Source: Sphingobacteriaceae bacterium (lineage in GTDB: Bacteria; Bacteroidota; Bacteroidia; UBA7662). Taken from it: a DNA stretch of 64,000 nt. Every line of letters starts with the position of its first letter. Position 1 is the first letter of the stretch. The notes under the pieces are model-generated. The model was not told where the DNA came from, ran no database searches, and worked only from the letters and a program-made list of their open reading frames with translations. The stretch covers positions 94,627-158,626 of the forward strand of contig JAUXNJ010000019.1 in NCBI GenBank assembly GCA_030682795.1, given 5' to 3'. Position numbers and translations under genes: made by a program. Positions 41,440-50,979 of this stretch are shown here, piece by piece.

Positions 41440-42775
41440 TCTCCACATTGCCTTGGAGGCCTTGCTGGCCAACAAAGTGCGGTCGATGCTCACGGCCCTC
41501 GGCATCATTTTCGGGGTGGCGGCCGTGATTGCCATGCTGGCCATAGGCAACGGGGCGCGACAGGAGATTTTGGAGCAAATTCGGCTCGTGGGCGTGAACA
41601 ACGTGGTGATCAACTCGGTTTTTGAGCAGGATCAGGGCGATTTGAGCGCCGCCGAGCAGCAGCAGCCCAACCGCTTTAGCAGGGGATTGCACCTCAGCGA
41701 TGCCGATGCCATCCTCGAAATTTTGCCCTCGGTTACGGCCGTGAGTCCGGAGGTGGTATACGAAACCGAAATCATTCGCGAAGGCTTCAAGCGCAGCAGT
41801 CGGGTGGTGGGCGTTACCCCGGCTTATTTTGAGATCTCCAATTTATTGTTGGCGGATGGACAGGGCTTCACCGAGGAGCAGCTGTTGAAAGGACAAGCGG
41901 TTTGCATTGTGGGGGCTACCATCGCCAAGCGCTTCTTCAACAAAGAGCCGGCTTTAGGGAATTACATCAAGGTGGGCAACCATTGGCTCAAGGTGGTGGG
42001 GGTGCTCGAAGAGACCGCAGTGAGTGAAAAAGCCATCGAAAACCTGGGCATCCGCGACTTCAACAGCGATGTGTATGCGCCTATCAAGACCGTTTTAAGC
42101 AGGTATGTAAACCGGGCCTCGGTGTTGCAAGGCGGTGGCGGCGACGATGTGATTTTTGTGAACGGTGGCATGATCAGCTTTGATGGGGAGGAGGAAGAGG
42201 GCAAAAAGAAAAAGAAGAAAAACTACCACCAACTCGACCGCTTGGTAGTGCAGGTGGGGGCTTCGGAGGAGGTAAAAGCCACTACGGATGTGTTGCTGCG
42301 GATGCTCAGTCGCCGGCACAACGAGGTGGTAGATTTCGAAATCAGCATTCCCGAGCAGTTGCTCAAGCAGCAGCAGCGCACCAAAGATATTTTTAACCTG
42401 GTGTTGGGCGCCATTGCGGGTATTTCGCTGCTCGTGGGCGGCATCGGCATCATGAACATCATGTTGGCTTCGGTGCTCGAGCGCACGCGGGAAATCGGTA
42501 CCCGGCGGGCTTTGGGCGCGCAAAAAAGCGACATCATCATGCAGTTTATGTTTGAGGCCGTGCTCATTAGCTTGGGCGGCGGTGCCATCGGCGTGGTGCT
42601 CGGCGTGCTCATGGCGCTGCTGATTGATGCTTTCACCGACATCCAGACCATTGTTTCGCCTTTTTCTGTGTTTTTATCGTTTGGGGTGTCGGCCACGGTA
42701 GGACTCATTTTCGGCATCACCCCTGCCCGGCGGGCGGCCGAGCAAAACCCCATTGAATCGCTTCGTTATGAATAA
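41411..42775 (+). CDS. ABC transporter permease, FtsX/MacB-type (no ATPase domain)
   Basis: MacB-like topology (TM1, large periplasmic domain, 3 C-terminal TMs). Unusual GEEEEGKKKKKKN insertion. Confidence 0.7.
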   Translation: MNKRERQLSNLHIALEALLANKVRSMLTALGIIFGVAAVIAMLAIGNGARQEILEQIRLVGVNNVVINSVFEQDQGDLSAAEQQQPNRFSRGLHLSDADAILEILPSVTAVSPEVVYETEIIREGFKRSSRVVGVTPAYFEISNLLLADGQGFTEEQLLKGQAVCIVGATIAKRFFNKEPALGNYIKVGNHWLKVVGVLEETAVSEKAIENLGIRDFNSDVYAPIKTVLSRYVNRASVLQGGGGDDVIFVNGGMISFDGEEEEGKKKKKKNYHQLDRLVVQVGASEEVKATTDVLLRMLSRRHNEVVDFEISIPEQLLKQQQRTKDIFNLVLGAIAGISLLVGGIGIMNIMLASVLERTREIGTRRALGAQKSDIIMQFMFEAVLISLGGGAIGVVLGVLMALLIDAFTDIQTIVSPFSVFLSFGVSATVGLIFGITPARRAAEQNPIESLRYE

Positions 42776-44237
42776 AGTGTGCACGCTTTTGCTGTTCATG
42801 CTGCTTGGTGCAGCCGATGGCTTTGCCCAACAGCCCGAAGTCCTTCGCCTGCCCGACGTGATCGGCATGGCGCAGTTGCGGTCGCCGGCCTATTTGCGGG
42901 CGCGCACCACCTATGAAAACAATTACTGGCAATACCGCAATTTTAAGGCGGGCATGTTGCCACAGCTCACAGCTTTTGGTACCATACCCAATCTCAATCG
43001 CAGCATCGAGCGCATTACTTTGCCAGATGGGGCTGATGCCTTTGTAGATCGCTCGCTCGTGACTTCCGCTGCCAACCTCAGCTTGAGTCAGAACGTGCCC
43101 TGGACTGGCGGGCGTTTCAGCTTCTTCAGCAGTTTGCAGCGCATCGATTTGTTGGGCAACAACACCAACAGCTCCTACCTGGGCACACCCTTTTCGGTCA
43201 GCTATTTCCAAGACAACATCTTTTATAACCGTTTTAGATGGGAGCGCCAAACCGAGCCCTTGCGCTATCAGGAGGCCACACGTGGTTACGTAGAGCAGCT
43301 CGAGGAAATTGCCATTGAAGCCAGTCGCTTGTATTTTGAGCTGTTGTTGGCCGAAAACAACCAACAATTGGCCCTCATTAATTTGGCCAATACCGATACC
43401 CTCTTTCGCATCTCTGAGGGACGCTACCAGCTGGGTAAAATCGCCGAAAACGATTTGTTGCAGATTGAGTTGTCGCTGCTCAATGCCCGCAACCGGTTGG
43501 CCGAAACCAACCTCGATTTAGAGCTGCGGATGCAAGACCTCAAGCGCTACCTCAACCTGCCCAACAGTCAACAAATTGCCCTCGAAGTACCCGATCGGGT
43601 GCGCTTTTTTGAAGTGCAGCCGCCCATGGCCCTGGAGCAAGCCCGTAAAAACCGGCGGGCGGTGCTCGAGTTTCGGCGGCGGCGCTTAGAAGCCGAGCAA
43701 ATGATTGCACAAAGTCGCGGCGACAATGGGGTGCAGCTGGGAGTGAATGCCAATTTTGGGGTAACGCAGCGCGGTACTACATTGGGGAGCGTGTATGTAA
43801 ATCCGCAGGACCAGCAAACCTTGGCCCTCACCATGAGCATCCCCTTGATCAATTGGGGGGTAACGCGTTCGCGGATTCGCATGGCCGAGGCCAACCGCGA
43901 ATTGGTGGAAGTAAATGTGCAGCAAGAGGAGATCAATTTTGAGCAAGAGATTTTGTTGCAGGTGATGCGCTTTAACATGCTCAAAGACCAGCTGCTGGTG
44001 GCCGCCAAAGCCGATACCATTGCGCAGAAGCGTTTCGACGTGACCAAAGAGCGCTATCTGATAGGCAAAATTTCGATCACCGACCTCAACCTGGCCGTGC
44101 AAGAGAAAGATTTGGCGCGGCAAGCCTACATCAATATGCTGCGGACGTATTGGCAGTCGTATTATTTACTGCGGCGGTTAACGCTGTATGACTTTGATAG
44201 AGGCGTGGAAATAGGGGTGAAGATGGCGGATTTTTGA
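42753..44237 (+). CDS. TolC-family outer-membrane efflux protein
   Basis: Signal peptide and two tandem TolC repeats with coiled coils. Confidence 0.75.
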   Translation: MNRFVMNKVCTLLLFMLLGAADGFAQQPEVLRLPDVIGMAQLRSPAYLRARTTYENNYWQYRNFKAGMLPQLTAFGTIPNLNRSIERITLPDGADAFVDRSLVTSAANLSLSQNVPWTGGRFSFFSSLQRIDLLGNNTNSSYLGTPFSVSYFQDNIFYNRFRWERQTEPLRYQEATRGYVEQLEEIAIEASRLYFELLLAENNQQLALINLANTDTLFRISEGRYQLGKIAENDLLQIELSLLNARNRLAETNLDLELRMQDLKRYLNLPNSQQIALEVPDRVRFFEVQPPMALEQARKNRRAVLEFRRRRLEAEQMIAQSRGDNGVQLGVNANFGVTQRGTTLGSVYVNPQDQQTLALTMSIPLINWGVTRSRIRMAEANRELVEVNVQQEEINFEQEILLQVMRFNMLKDQLLVAAKADTIAQKRFDVTKERYLIGKISITDLNLAVQEKDLARQAYINMLRTYWQSYYLLRRLTLYDFDRGVEIGVKMADF

Positions 44238-44905
44238 TTGGCGATTTCGATTGGCGATTGGCGATTTCGATTGGCGATTGGCGATTTGGAGGAAAGAACC
44301 ATCTGTATATCTACAGATAAGGGCCATTAAACGCAGATCCACCAACGCCAGTGCCCGGTGGATTTATGATTTCCGTGGGCTGATTTCAGATTTATGATTT
44401 AACGGTGAAATAAATCTCTAGATCTGCTAATTGTGATGATTCTGCGCATAGTCATTTACGCCAGGGCCTGCTCTGTCTCTCAGCGAGCAACGCGATGGTC
44501 CCTGAGCCCCGTCGAAGGGCGGTCTGTAAAGCGAGCCGCAGGCGAGCAGTCTTTCAAATAGCAGGCCGTTGTTTTGAAACCCGGCTGTGCCAACAGCCGT
44601 CTGTGTTGCTCCGAGCCCAGCCTAATTCAAGGAAAGGTTAAATCTCCTTGCCATCAGCCTCTACCTGCACCCTAACAGCCTATTCAACGGTCAACGGCCA
44701 TTAAAAACCAAAGAAAGCTTTAAAAACAGCCCTCTGTGATAACCCTTCGACTGCTTTGCGCTCAGGGACCGCCCTTCGATGAACTCAGGGACCACCTCCT
44801 AATAAGCGCAAGAGCCTACTCCATCTGAAAAGCGCAGCGGTCTGATGTCTGAAAAGGGAGCGCCAGCGACCGGTCTGTAAAGCGAGCCGCAGGCGAGCGG
44901 TCTTT
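44238..44905. repeat. Complex intergenic repeat element, inverted partner of 38571-39260
   Basis: Begins with tandem (GATTGGCGATTTC)n at 44238-44290. Carries the same 'gcctgctctgtct' and 'ggtctg(a/t)aaagcg' modules and is reverse-complementary to 38640-38920 over about 300 bp. Confidence 0.8.
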
Positions 44906-44926
44906 CCCTATCTTAGCTACCTAATC

Positions 44927-45565
44927 ATGGTACAAGACGTAGATCATTATTTGGTAGATGGCTGCATGCGCTGTTCCCTTGGCGGCACACCGCAGTGTAA
45001 GGTGCACGCCTGGAAAGACGAGCTGGTGGCTTTGCGGCACATTGCTTTGGCCAGCGGCCTCACCGAAACGGTGAAGTGGGGCGTGCCTTGCTATACGTAC
45101 AACGACAAAAACGTTGCCGTGGTGAGCGCCTTCAAGGAATACGCTAGCTTGAGCTTCTTCAAAGGCGCCTTGCTGCCCGATCCCGAAAATTGGCTGGTGC
45201 AGCGCGGCGAAAACGCCCAAGCCACCAAGCTGCTGGCCTTTACAGATGTGGAGGTGATCTTCGAAAAAGAAGAAGTCATCAAAAGCTACCTCCTGAATGC
45301 CATAGAAATTGAAAAATCAGGCAAAAAAGTGGTTTTTGAGAAGGCACCAGAGCCCCATCCCGCCGAATTGCTACAGAAATTTGAGGAGGATGCCGCCTTC
45401 AAACAAGCCTTCTTTGCGCTTACGCCGGGCCGTCAACGGGGCTATGTGCTCTACTTTTCGGAGGCCAAGCAGGCCAAAACGCGTTTGATGCGCATTGAAA
45501 AGTATGTAGAGCAAATTAAAAAAGGCATTGGCATGCTCGACCATTACAAGGCGAAAAAGGAGTAA
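44927..45565 (+). CDS. YdeI/OmpD-associated family protein (DUF1801-like)
   Basis: N-terminal C-x-x-C...C motif and YdeI-like C-terminal half. Confidence 0.45.
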   Translation: MVQDVDHYLVDGCMRCSLGGTPQCKVHAWKDELVALRHIALASGLTETVKWGVPCYTYNDKNVAVVSAFKEYASLSFFKGALLPDPENWLVQRGENAQATKLLAFTDVEVIFEKEEVIKSYLLNAIEIEKSGKKVVFEKAPEPHPAELLQKFEEDAAFKQAFFALTPGRQRGYVLYFSEAKQAKTRLMRIEKYVEQIKKGIGMLDHYKAKKE

Positions 45566-45750
45566 GCAGGGGGTGGTGAATCTGAATCCACCTATAGCCT
45601 ATTTGCCTGCACGCCAGTCGATAACCACAGAGTAGGGAAGCTAAATTTTAAATTTTTTCTTGGCACCCTAAATAATAAGTAAACAGTTGTTGCGTATTTT
45701 AACGGTGCCAAAACAGCGGCTCGCTATCGCTTCTACAAAAATATACTGCT

Positions 45751-46152
45751 ATGAAAAAAGCCCTCCTACTGCAACTCTCCCTCGCCCTGGTGCTGTTGAG
45801 CAGCTGCGCTAAAAACATCCATGTTAACTACCAAAGCGACTCGGCAAATACAGGCAAGGTGGTGCTAAAACCGGCTGAACCCACCAATCGCACCTATGTA
45901 ACCTTTAACGACAGCTTGCTTGTGAACAAAAAGTACGTGAAGTCGGTAACCATCCACAACGTGCCAAGCGGTGAACACCACGTGCATTATACGTCGAACA
46001 ACTATGCGTACAAAGAAAAAATAGACGGTAAGATGACCGTTAATGTGGACAACAACCGCGTGATTACCAAGCTGATTGAAGTGCCTCCTTACAGTGCGGG
46101 TTATTGGATTGGACTGCTCATTAGCTTGCCTATTTTGGTGTTTGTGCTTTAG
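45751..46152 (+). CDS. Lipoprotein with C-terminal TM anchor, unknown function
   Basis: Lipobox LSSCA; AT-richer codon usage. Confidence 0.35.
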   Translation: MKKALLLQLSLALVLLSSCAKNIHVNYQSDSANTGKVVLKPAEPTNRTYVTFNDSLLVNKKYVKSVTIHNVPSGEHHVHYTSNNYAYKEKIDGKMTVNVDNNRVITKLIEVPPYSAGYWIGLLISLPILVFVL

Positions 46153-46304
46153 GTAAAAGCTGAGACAGCTTTCCGCTTTGTTACCTAGGCAAGCCCTTAG
46201 CTGCGCAAACTTGCCCCTAAATGTCAGATCTGTGGCTCGCATCAGCGAGTTACCGCAAGCACTTATACCGCAATAGCACTTTTCATTCCATTTATCAGAA
46301 TACC

Positions 46305-46934
46305 CTAATTTGTTGGCGGTGGCGGCGGGGGTTCAAAAGAAGCCTGAAAATCCGCCATCTCCTTCGGATACAAAATGCAAAGGAGGTCCTGGTATTTTTC
46401 GATTGCCTCTAACCTATGCCCTAAACCTTTGGTTCTGAGAAGCACTTTACCGGAATGGGCAGGACTCGTCAATAAGAATAAACTACTATGTATGGCTTCC
46501 TGGTTCGAGCTGTCAATGGCTGCAAACATGCTTTCAAGTGGGTAGCCCAAGGCCTCGGCAGGATAATATACCCGCGGAAAACACCATCTTTCTTCCTCTC
46601 CAATGAGGTTGACCATTTTTTCAAGAAACTCAATGAAAAGGCTATCGTTAGATTTGGTGAGCTGGAGCTGGTCGAAGCCCTGGCCTTTGCATACCGACAA
46701 ATTCACAACCACATTTAAAGTGTCACCCGCCGCCATGTATTTCGAAAACTCGGTATAATGCTGATGAAGATTAAAAGGCTCCTTTTGTTTTGCGCCTTCT
46801 TCTATACAGCCATACAGCCATACAGTAGCCACCAAGCTGCCTAAAAAGCCTTTTTTTAAATTCACAAACAGCTCGGTACAGCGCATCGTCGATTTCAGAT
46901 ATTCTAATATACGTGCTCCTTTTGGTTCAACCAA
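46305..46934 (-). CDS. Hypothetical protein (poly-Pro C-terminus)
   Basis: ORF only; no recognisable motif. Confidence 0.25.
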   Translation of the reverse strand: MVEPKGARILEYLKSTMRCTELFVNLKKGFLGSLVATVWLYGCIEEGAKQKEPFNLHQHYTEFSKYMAAGDTLNVVVNLSVCKGQGFDQLQLTKSNDSLFIEFLEKMVNLIGEEERWCFPRVYYPAEALGYPLESMFAAIDSSNQEAIHSSLFLLTSPAHSGKVLLRTKGLGHRLEAIEKYQDLLCILYPKEMADFQASFEPPPPPPTN

Positions 46935-46976
46935 TTGCTAGGGGCCCGTTTTTTAAACAACAGCCTGTAGCCATGT

Positions 46977-47366
46977 TCAAGGACCAACCTTTTCTAGCCA
47001 GTAATTCAAAGTCAATCCCAAAGCTCCTAGAAAAAACAGGGATGGTAAGAGCCAGCGAAAAATCTTCCGAAACGCCCTAAGGGCATCCAGCTCCTCTTGG
47101 CCCAAGCGCGAGCCTTGTAAAATGGGATCAAATTTCGAAAGGGGCAAAAAGCCGTACCACAAATCTACCAAGTTGACCCAGGGTAAGGTGCGGCTTTCGA
47201 AAGGCTTTGCATTGCCCCAGCGCCTGAGGTGCTTGGCCAAGCGGCGCAGCTCGCTGATGGTGCGTAAGTAAAAATTAAAGAGTGTCACAGTGATTGCTAA
47301 ACCAATGGCAAGGATAGGGGGACCATAGGTTTCGATGTGGGGCCATATTTGGTGCAGCTTTTGCAT
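46977..47366 (-). CDS. Hypothetical membrane protein
   Basis: Three hydrophobic segments; ORF only. Confidence 0.25.
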   Translation of the reverse strand: MQKLHQIWPHIETYGPPILAIGLAITVTLFNFYLRTISELRRLAKHLRRWGNAKPFESRTLPWVNLVDLWYGFLPLSKFDPILQGSRLGQEELDALRAFRKIFRWLLPSLFFLGALGLTLNYWLEKVGP

Positions 47367-47589
47367 GGATGGATTGAAGATAGTGATTTACTGGTTGTAC
47401 TATTTCCATTCAAAATGTATTTCTGAAACGTCGCTAAACTTGGAGATGGCTTCAAATCAGTCTGATATTTTGCCACTTTGGCATCAGACATCTTTCCTTC
47501 CCAATAGATTGTGTTCAACTTTGACTTATAGGGGACAGGTTACAGGTGTATGGGTGCCACCGTTAGGAGCTGTCAAAGGTTTCGTTCCC

Positions 47590-49179
47590 TTATGGATAAG
47601 CTATTAATTTCAAGCTAAATGGCGGCCAATCTTCAAATTCATTTCTACCTTCGAGAACAAGCTGACCTCCTCTAGGGGTAATCCACTTGCTTCTTAATCG
47701 CCCTTTTCCTGCAGGCTCAATATGATGTACAGGCCCAAAATGAGTATTAAGTGCCTCCATAAGTTGCTCTTGCACAACGGCCATGTACTGGGTAATGGGC
47801 TTTCTATCTGCGAAAATATGCTGCAATCCTGTTCTGAGGTATGGTTGCGTTTCTACAAATTCTAAACGACATCCCAGCCACACGCTATCAGAAGCTCGAA
47901 ACACATGTTCTGTCTTAATGGTAAGTATGGAATCGATAACAGCCCGGTGCATTTGTGTGAATTGCTGCACGGGCGGGTTTTGAATGGGTAAATAATACCC
48001 AACCCCTGTGCCTTGTCTGCTTTTTTGCATATTAGTACTGCCCCTAAACGCCTCAAGTTCATTCACACGTTTAAAATCAGCTATTTGACCAGAAAGAAGC
48101 TCGAAATAGCCCTGCCAGTTTGGTGTATGCTGATAAAGAAGCGTGTCGTAAAGCAATGTCCATTTTTGAAGGTGGAGCAATTCGCCTTTTATTTGCAGCA
48201 CCGTATAATGAACATTGTCTGAATGTCCGTATTCAAGCAAGCGCGAACTATCGTTGGGGTTGAGTCCTCGATATGCATTGTGCCAACGGCTATAAATGCG
48301 TTTAGGACCAAGATCAAGCAGAGGAATCCACTCATTTCCGGAATACTTTGCCACCAAAAGCCGTGTGCTATCATTTATCACATGTAAAAGCTGCCCATTG
48401 GCTACCCAACTCCGATGCAAGCCTAGCCTACTGGTATCAAAAGAATAGTACTCTCTTTCTGTGGTATCAGCCCAAATAGTAGTCTCTCCTTGCGGTTCAA
48501 CAGGAGGAAAAGCAGCAGGGCGGCGCCGTTTTTGGTAGCGATAGGCAGGAGGACAAGGCAAAAGATCCCGTGGATCAGCTATAAGACTAAGTGCACTACT
48601 GTAATCGAGGTAATATTTCCCTTGAAACCGGGTCATTCGGTCACTGCTGTAAGGCGTAATGTATTGTTTTTTCGTTTTTTTATCGATGAACCACGTGCAA
48701 GATCCCCATTCTCCGTAATCTCTATAGTATACGCGATACCGTTCATCTTCATACACTTGATTACTCCGTTTTCGGTATTCTAGCCAGCCGTCTTTCTTTA
48801 AATCGAAGCGATAGCTCCGGTTGTGCATGTAAGGAAGCAAATGTAATTGATCATTTTGTACGTATAAATCGAGGTAAATAGTGTTTTTGCGTACCACATC
48901 GGGCAGCGGTAGTTCACGCAAAAGCTCGCCTGAACGATTAAAAACAAATAGCCGAAACCAATCAGTATTGTGTGGTTGTGGGTCCCGTTCTGTCATCGTC
49001 ACATACCAATGCCCGTCGAAATCGGCCAAATGGGAGATATAAAAATAGCACCCAGGTGTTTGAACCCCGCGTACATCAAGCGTCAGGCTGTCATGTTGTA
49101 ACTCTAATTGGGGATGAGGGCGATCTTGCGCTTGGGTAATGGCCCCACAACACCAGAACATAAACACCAAGCCGAGCAT
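47590..49179 (-). CDS. Secreted 529-aa protein of unknown function
   Basis: The second in-frame ATG (49179) gives a clean signal peptide MLGLVFMFWCCGAITQAQ; the ORF track starts 17 codons upstream (49230). Trp/Tyr-rich, no known domain recognised. Confidence 0.4.
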   Translation of the reverse strand: MLGLVFMFWCCGAITQAQDRPHPQLELQHDSLTLDVRGVQTPGCYFYISHLADFDGHWYVTMTERDPQPHNTDWFRLFVFNRSGELLRELPLPDVVRKNTIYLDLYVQNDQLHLLPYMHNRSYRFDLKKDGWLEYRKRSNQVYEDERYRVYYRDYGEWGSCTWFIDKKTKKQYITPYSSDRMTRFQGKYYLDYSSALSLIADPRDLLPCPPAYRYQKRRRPAAFPPVEPQGETTIWADTTEREYYSFDTSRLGLHRSWVANGQLLHVINDSTRLLVAKYSGNEWIPLLDLGPKRIYSRWHNAYRGLNPNDSSRLLEYGHSDNVHYTVLQIKGELLHLQKWTLLYDTLLYQHTPNWQGYFELLSGQIADFKRVNELEAFRGSTNMQKSRQGTGVGYYLPIQNPPVQQFTQMHRAVIDSILTIKTEHVFRASDSVWLGCRLEFVETQPYLRTGLQHIFADRKPITQYMAVVQEQLMEALNTHFGPVHHIEPAGKGRLRSKWITPRGGQLVLEGRNEFEDWPPFSLKLIAYP

Positions 49180-49481
49180 ATGTTGTTTAATGATCCGCTT
49201 TTGGTAATGGTATGTTTGGTTCAAATACATTTAGCTTTTTAGGTAAAGAAGTGCGGAATCAGCCTTCGAAATCTTGCAATAAATTCACAAACCAGAGAAA
49301 AACATTGGATGATGTCCACATGGCCTTGGAATGTACTTTGTATGAACTAAGTTAAGCAATGAAGCTGTAACAAACCACAGCTTAAGGCCTTTTGCCGAAT
49401 TATTGCATTTCGGTGACACCAGGTCGTTCGCCTGGAACTGCTTTGTAAAGACAGCAAATAACCTTATTTGGAGAAGTTTGA

Positions 49482-49622
49482 CTACTTAAAATGTCCCGGC
49501 ATCCGCTGCAATTCCATCAGCTTCGCCCTCAGCTTTTCCATTTCGTTGCTTTTGTTGGTTTTGAAGCGCAGGATAGGGAAATCGTACTTCTCCAGGATGC
49601 GGTCTTTCATTTGATCGCGCTC
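49482..49622 (-). pseudogene. Truncated remnant of a DUF559 (Vsr-like endonuclease domain) gene
   Basis: Only the C-terminal about 45 codons are in frame (…RDQMKDRILEKYDFPILRFKTNKSNEMEKLRAKLMELQ), resembling the DUF559 C-terminus (…G..VLRF.N.EV…); upstream is frameshifted or absent. Confidence 0.3.
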
Positions 49623-49650
49623 GGCTTATTGGCTGCCGGTTTGGTGGAAT

Positions 49651-50445
49651 TCATTTTATAAATACATGTTCATAATGGTATTCTAAAAACAGCTTCGACG
49701 GGATAAACTTATCTGGAATTTGAATTTTTATATTGTCAAAAGCTTTGAAATAAGCCTGGACTGCCATTTCGCTTTCAAAATCCATGAAAGCCTTTGATAA
49801 GCAAACTTTAAAGTCACTAGTTATGGTCATGTAGCCTTTATCAAACGCCCGGTCGTGCAAGGCATTCAGACAAAGTCCATTTCGTGGATTTAACCTTTCC
49901 TTTTCATTTTTACTCCAAGGAACAATATGGCTCGCAACTAATAAGGCCGGGATTGACAAACCTGTGATACAGCATTTAGAATAGTAATTATTTAGAACCA
50001 TGGTTCTAAAAACAGATTGATTAACCCTGGCTTGAACCTGGCGCATTGCTGACTTACCTTCCAAATCTTTAATATCTAGCAGTATATCGGCATATTTTTT
50101 GGCAATGGTGGTTTTTTGTCTTTCTGCCAAAATTTCCTCGCTCTTAAAAACCAACTCTTCTTGGTTGCTATAAAACTCATCCCAAATGGGCTGTACTTGA
50201 TTCATCCCACCTTTCAGTCCACCAATACCCCTCGCTTGGAGTCCTGGGTCGCAACTGGCAAAATTTCCCAAACGCATACCAATTGAACTAGGTGTCCTGT
50301 CCAAGAGATTAGCCAAATCAATTATCTCAGGGTTATGCTTGTGCATTTTCCCAAAGGGTAACTTCAAATAAAGATTAAAGGCTAAAATTAGCTCTTCACG
50401 AGTCCAGAGGTTTTTGGGCATGGAGGTTTCAACTTGCTTGAACAA
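49651..50445 (-). CDS. HNH endonuclease (HNH_2-type), putative type IV/modification-dependent restriction nuclease
   Basis: C-terminal HNH_2 motif (ALLVASHIVPWSKN...NGLCLNALHDRAFDKGYMTI) with a roughly 130-aa N-terminal domain of unknown fold. Confidence 0.5.
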   Translation of the reverse strand: MFKQVETSMPKNLWTREELILAFNLYLKLPFGKMHKHNPEIIDLANLLDRTPSSIGMRLGNFASCDPGLQARGIGGLKGGMNQVQPIWDEFYSNQEELVFKSEEILAERQKTTIAKKYADILLDIKDLEGKSAMRQVQARVNQSVFRTMVLNNYYSKCCITGLSIPALLVASHIVPWSKNEKERLNPRNGLCLNALHDRAFDKGYMTITSDFKVCLSKAFMDFESEMAVQAYFKAFDNIKIQIPDKFIPSKLFLEYHYEHVFIK

Positions 50446-50914
50446 AAATTAAGTAATTAAAATTAGTTGATTTATTCGGGCATTTGATATGTAAAAACAT
50501 GATTTGTTACGTTTTTATTAAGACGGGCATGTGATCGCATAAGCTGCTTATTAATTGCATTAAAAATTCTATATTTTGAGCTCGGCTGTCATTAACAATG
50601 GTTTCTGTTTTCGTGTGAGCCGCAGTTCAGTATTGCCTTTTGCGTTGGCCAATTCTTCTTTAAACTCCGTGAGATAGGTTAGAGTTGGATTAAGTGTAAT
50701 TCGCTCATACTATTCTCTAATCTGCGGTATGGAGCTTAGCAACTATTCACTTCATTCGCTTATTGGTGAAAGGCACGAGAATCAGCACATAATGCCTCTC
50801 TCTTGGCATTGTACGATTCTAGAAAAGCCTCTATTACTGCCTTTCAGGCTTTGAAAACTGGCTTTAAATCTAGCATTTGATACATTTTCACTTTTTACTG
50901 TTGAAAACTTGTCT

Positions 50915-50931
50915 TGGACATTTTTTGTCCA
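50915..50931 (+). promoter_or_regulatory. Candidate C-box operator palindrome upstream of the RM controller gene
   Basis: Perfect inverted repeat TGGACA-ttttt-TGTCCA about 50 bp upstream of the HTH gene. A second IR AACTAA-N9-TTAGTT lies at about 50957-50977. Confidence 0.35.
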
Positions 50932-50979
50932 TAAACAACAAATCCTTAGTTTTGAAACTAATAGTCCGTTTTAGTTACG

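Noticed and set aside
38571-44905. Composite transposon interpretation of the inverted repeat pair around recO-efflux
   Set aside because: Neither the repeats nor the interior carries a transposase or integrase ORF, and recO is a core gene. Kept only as a structural observation about inverted repeats, not called a mobile element.
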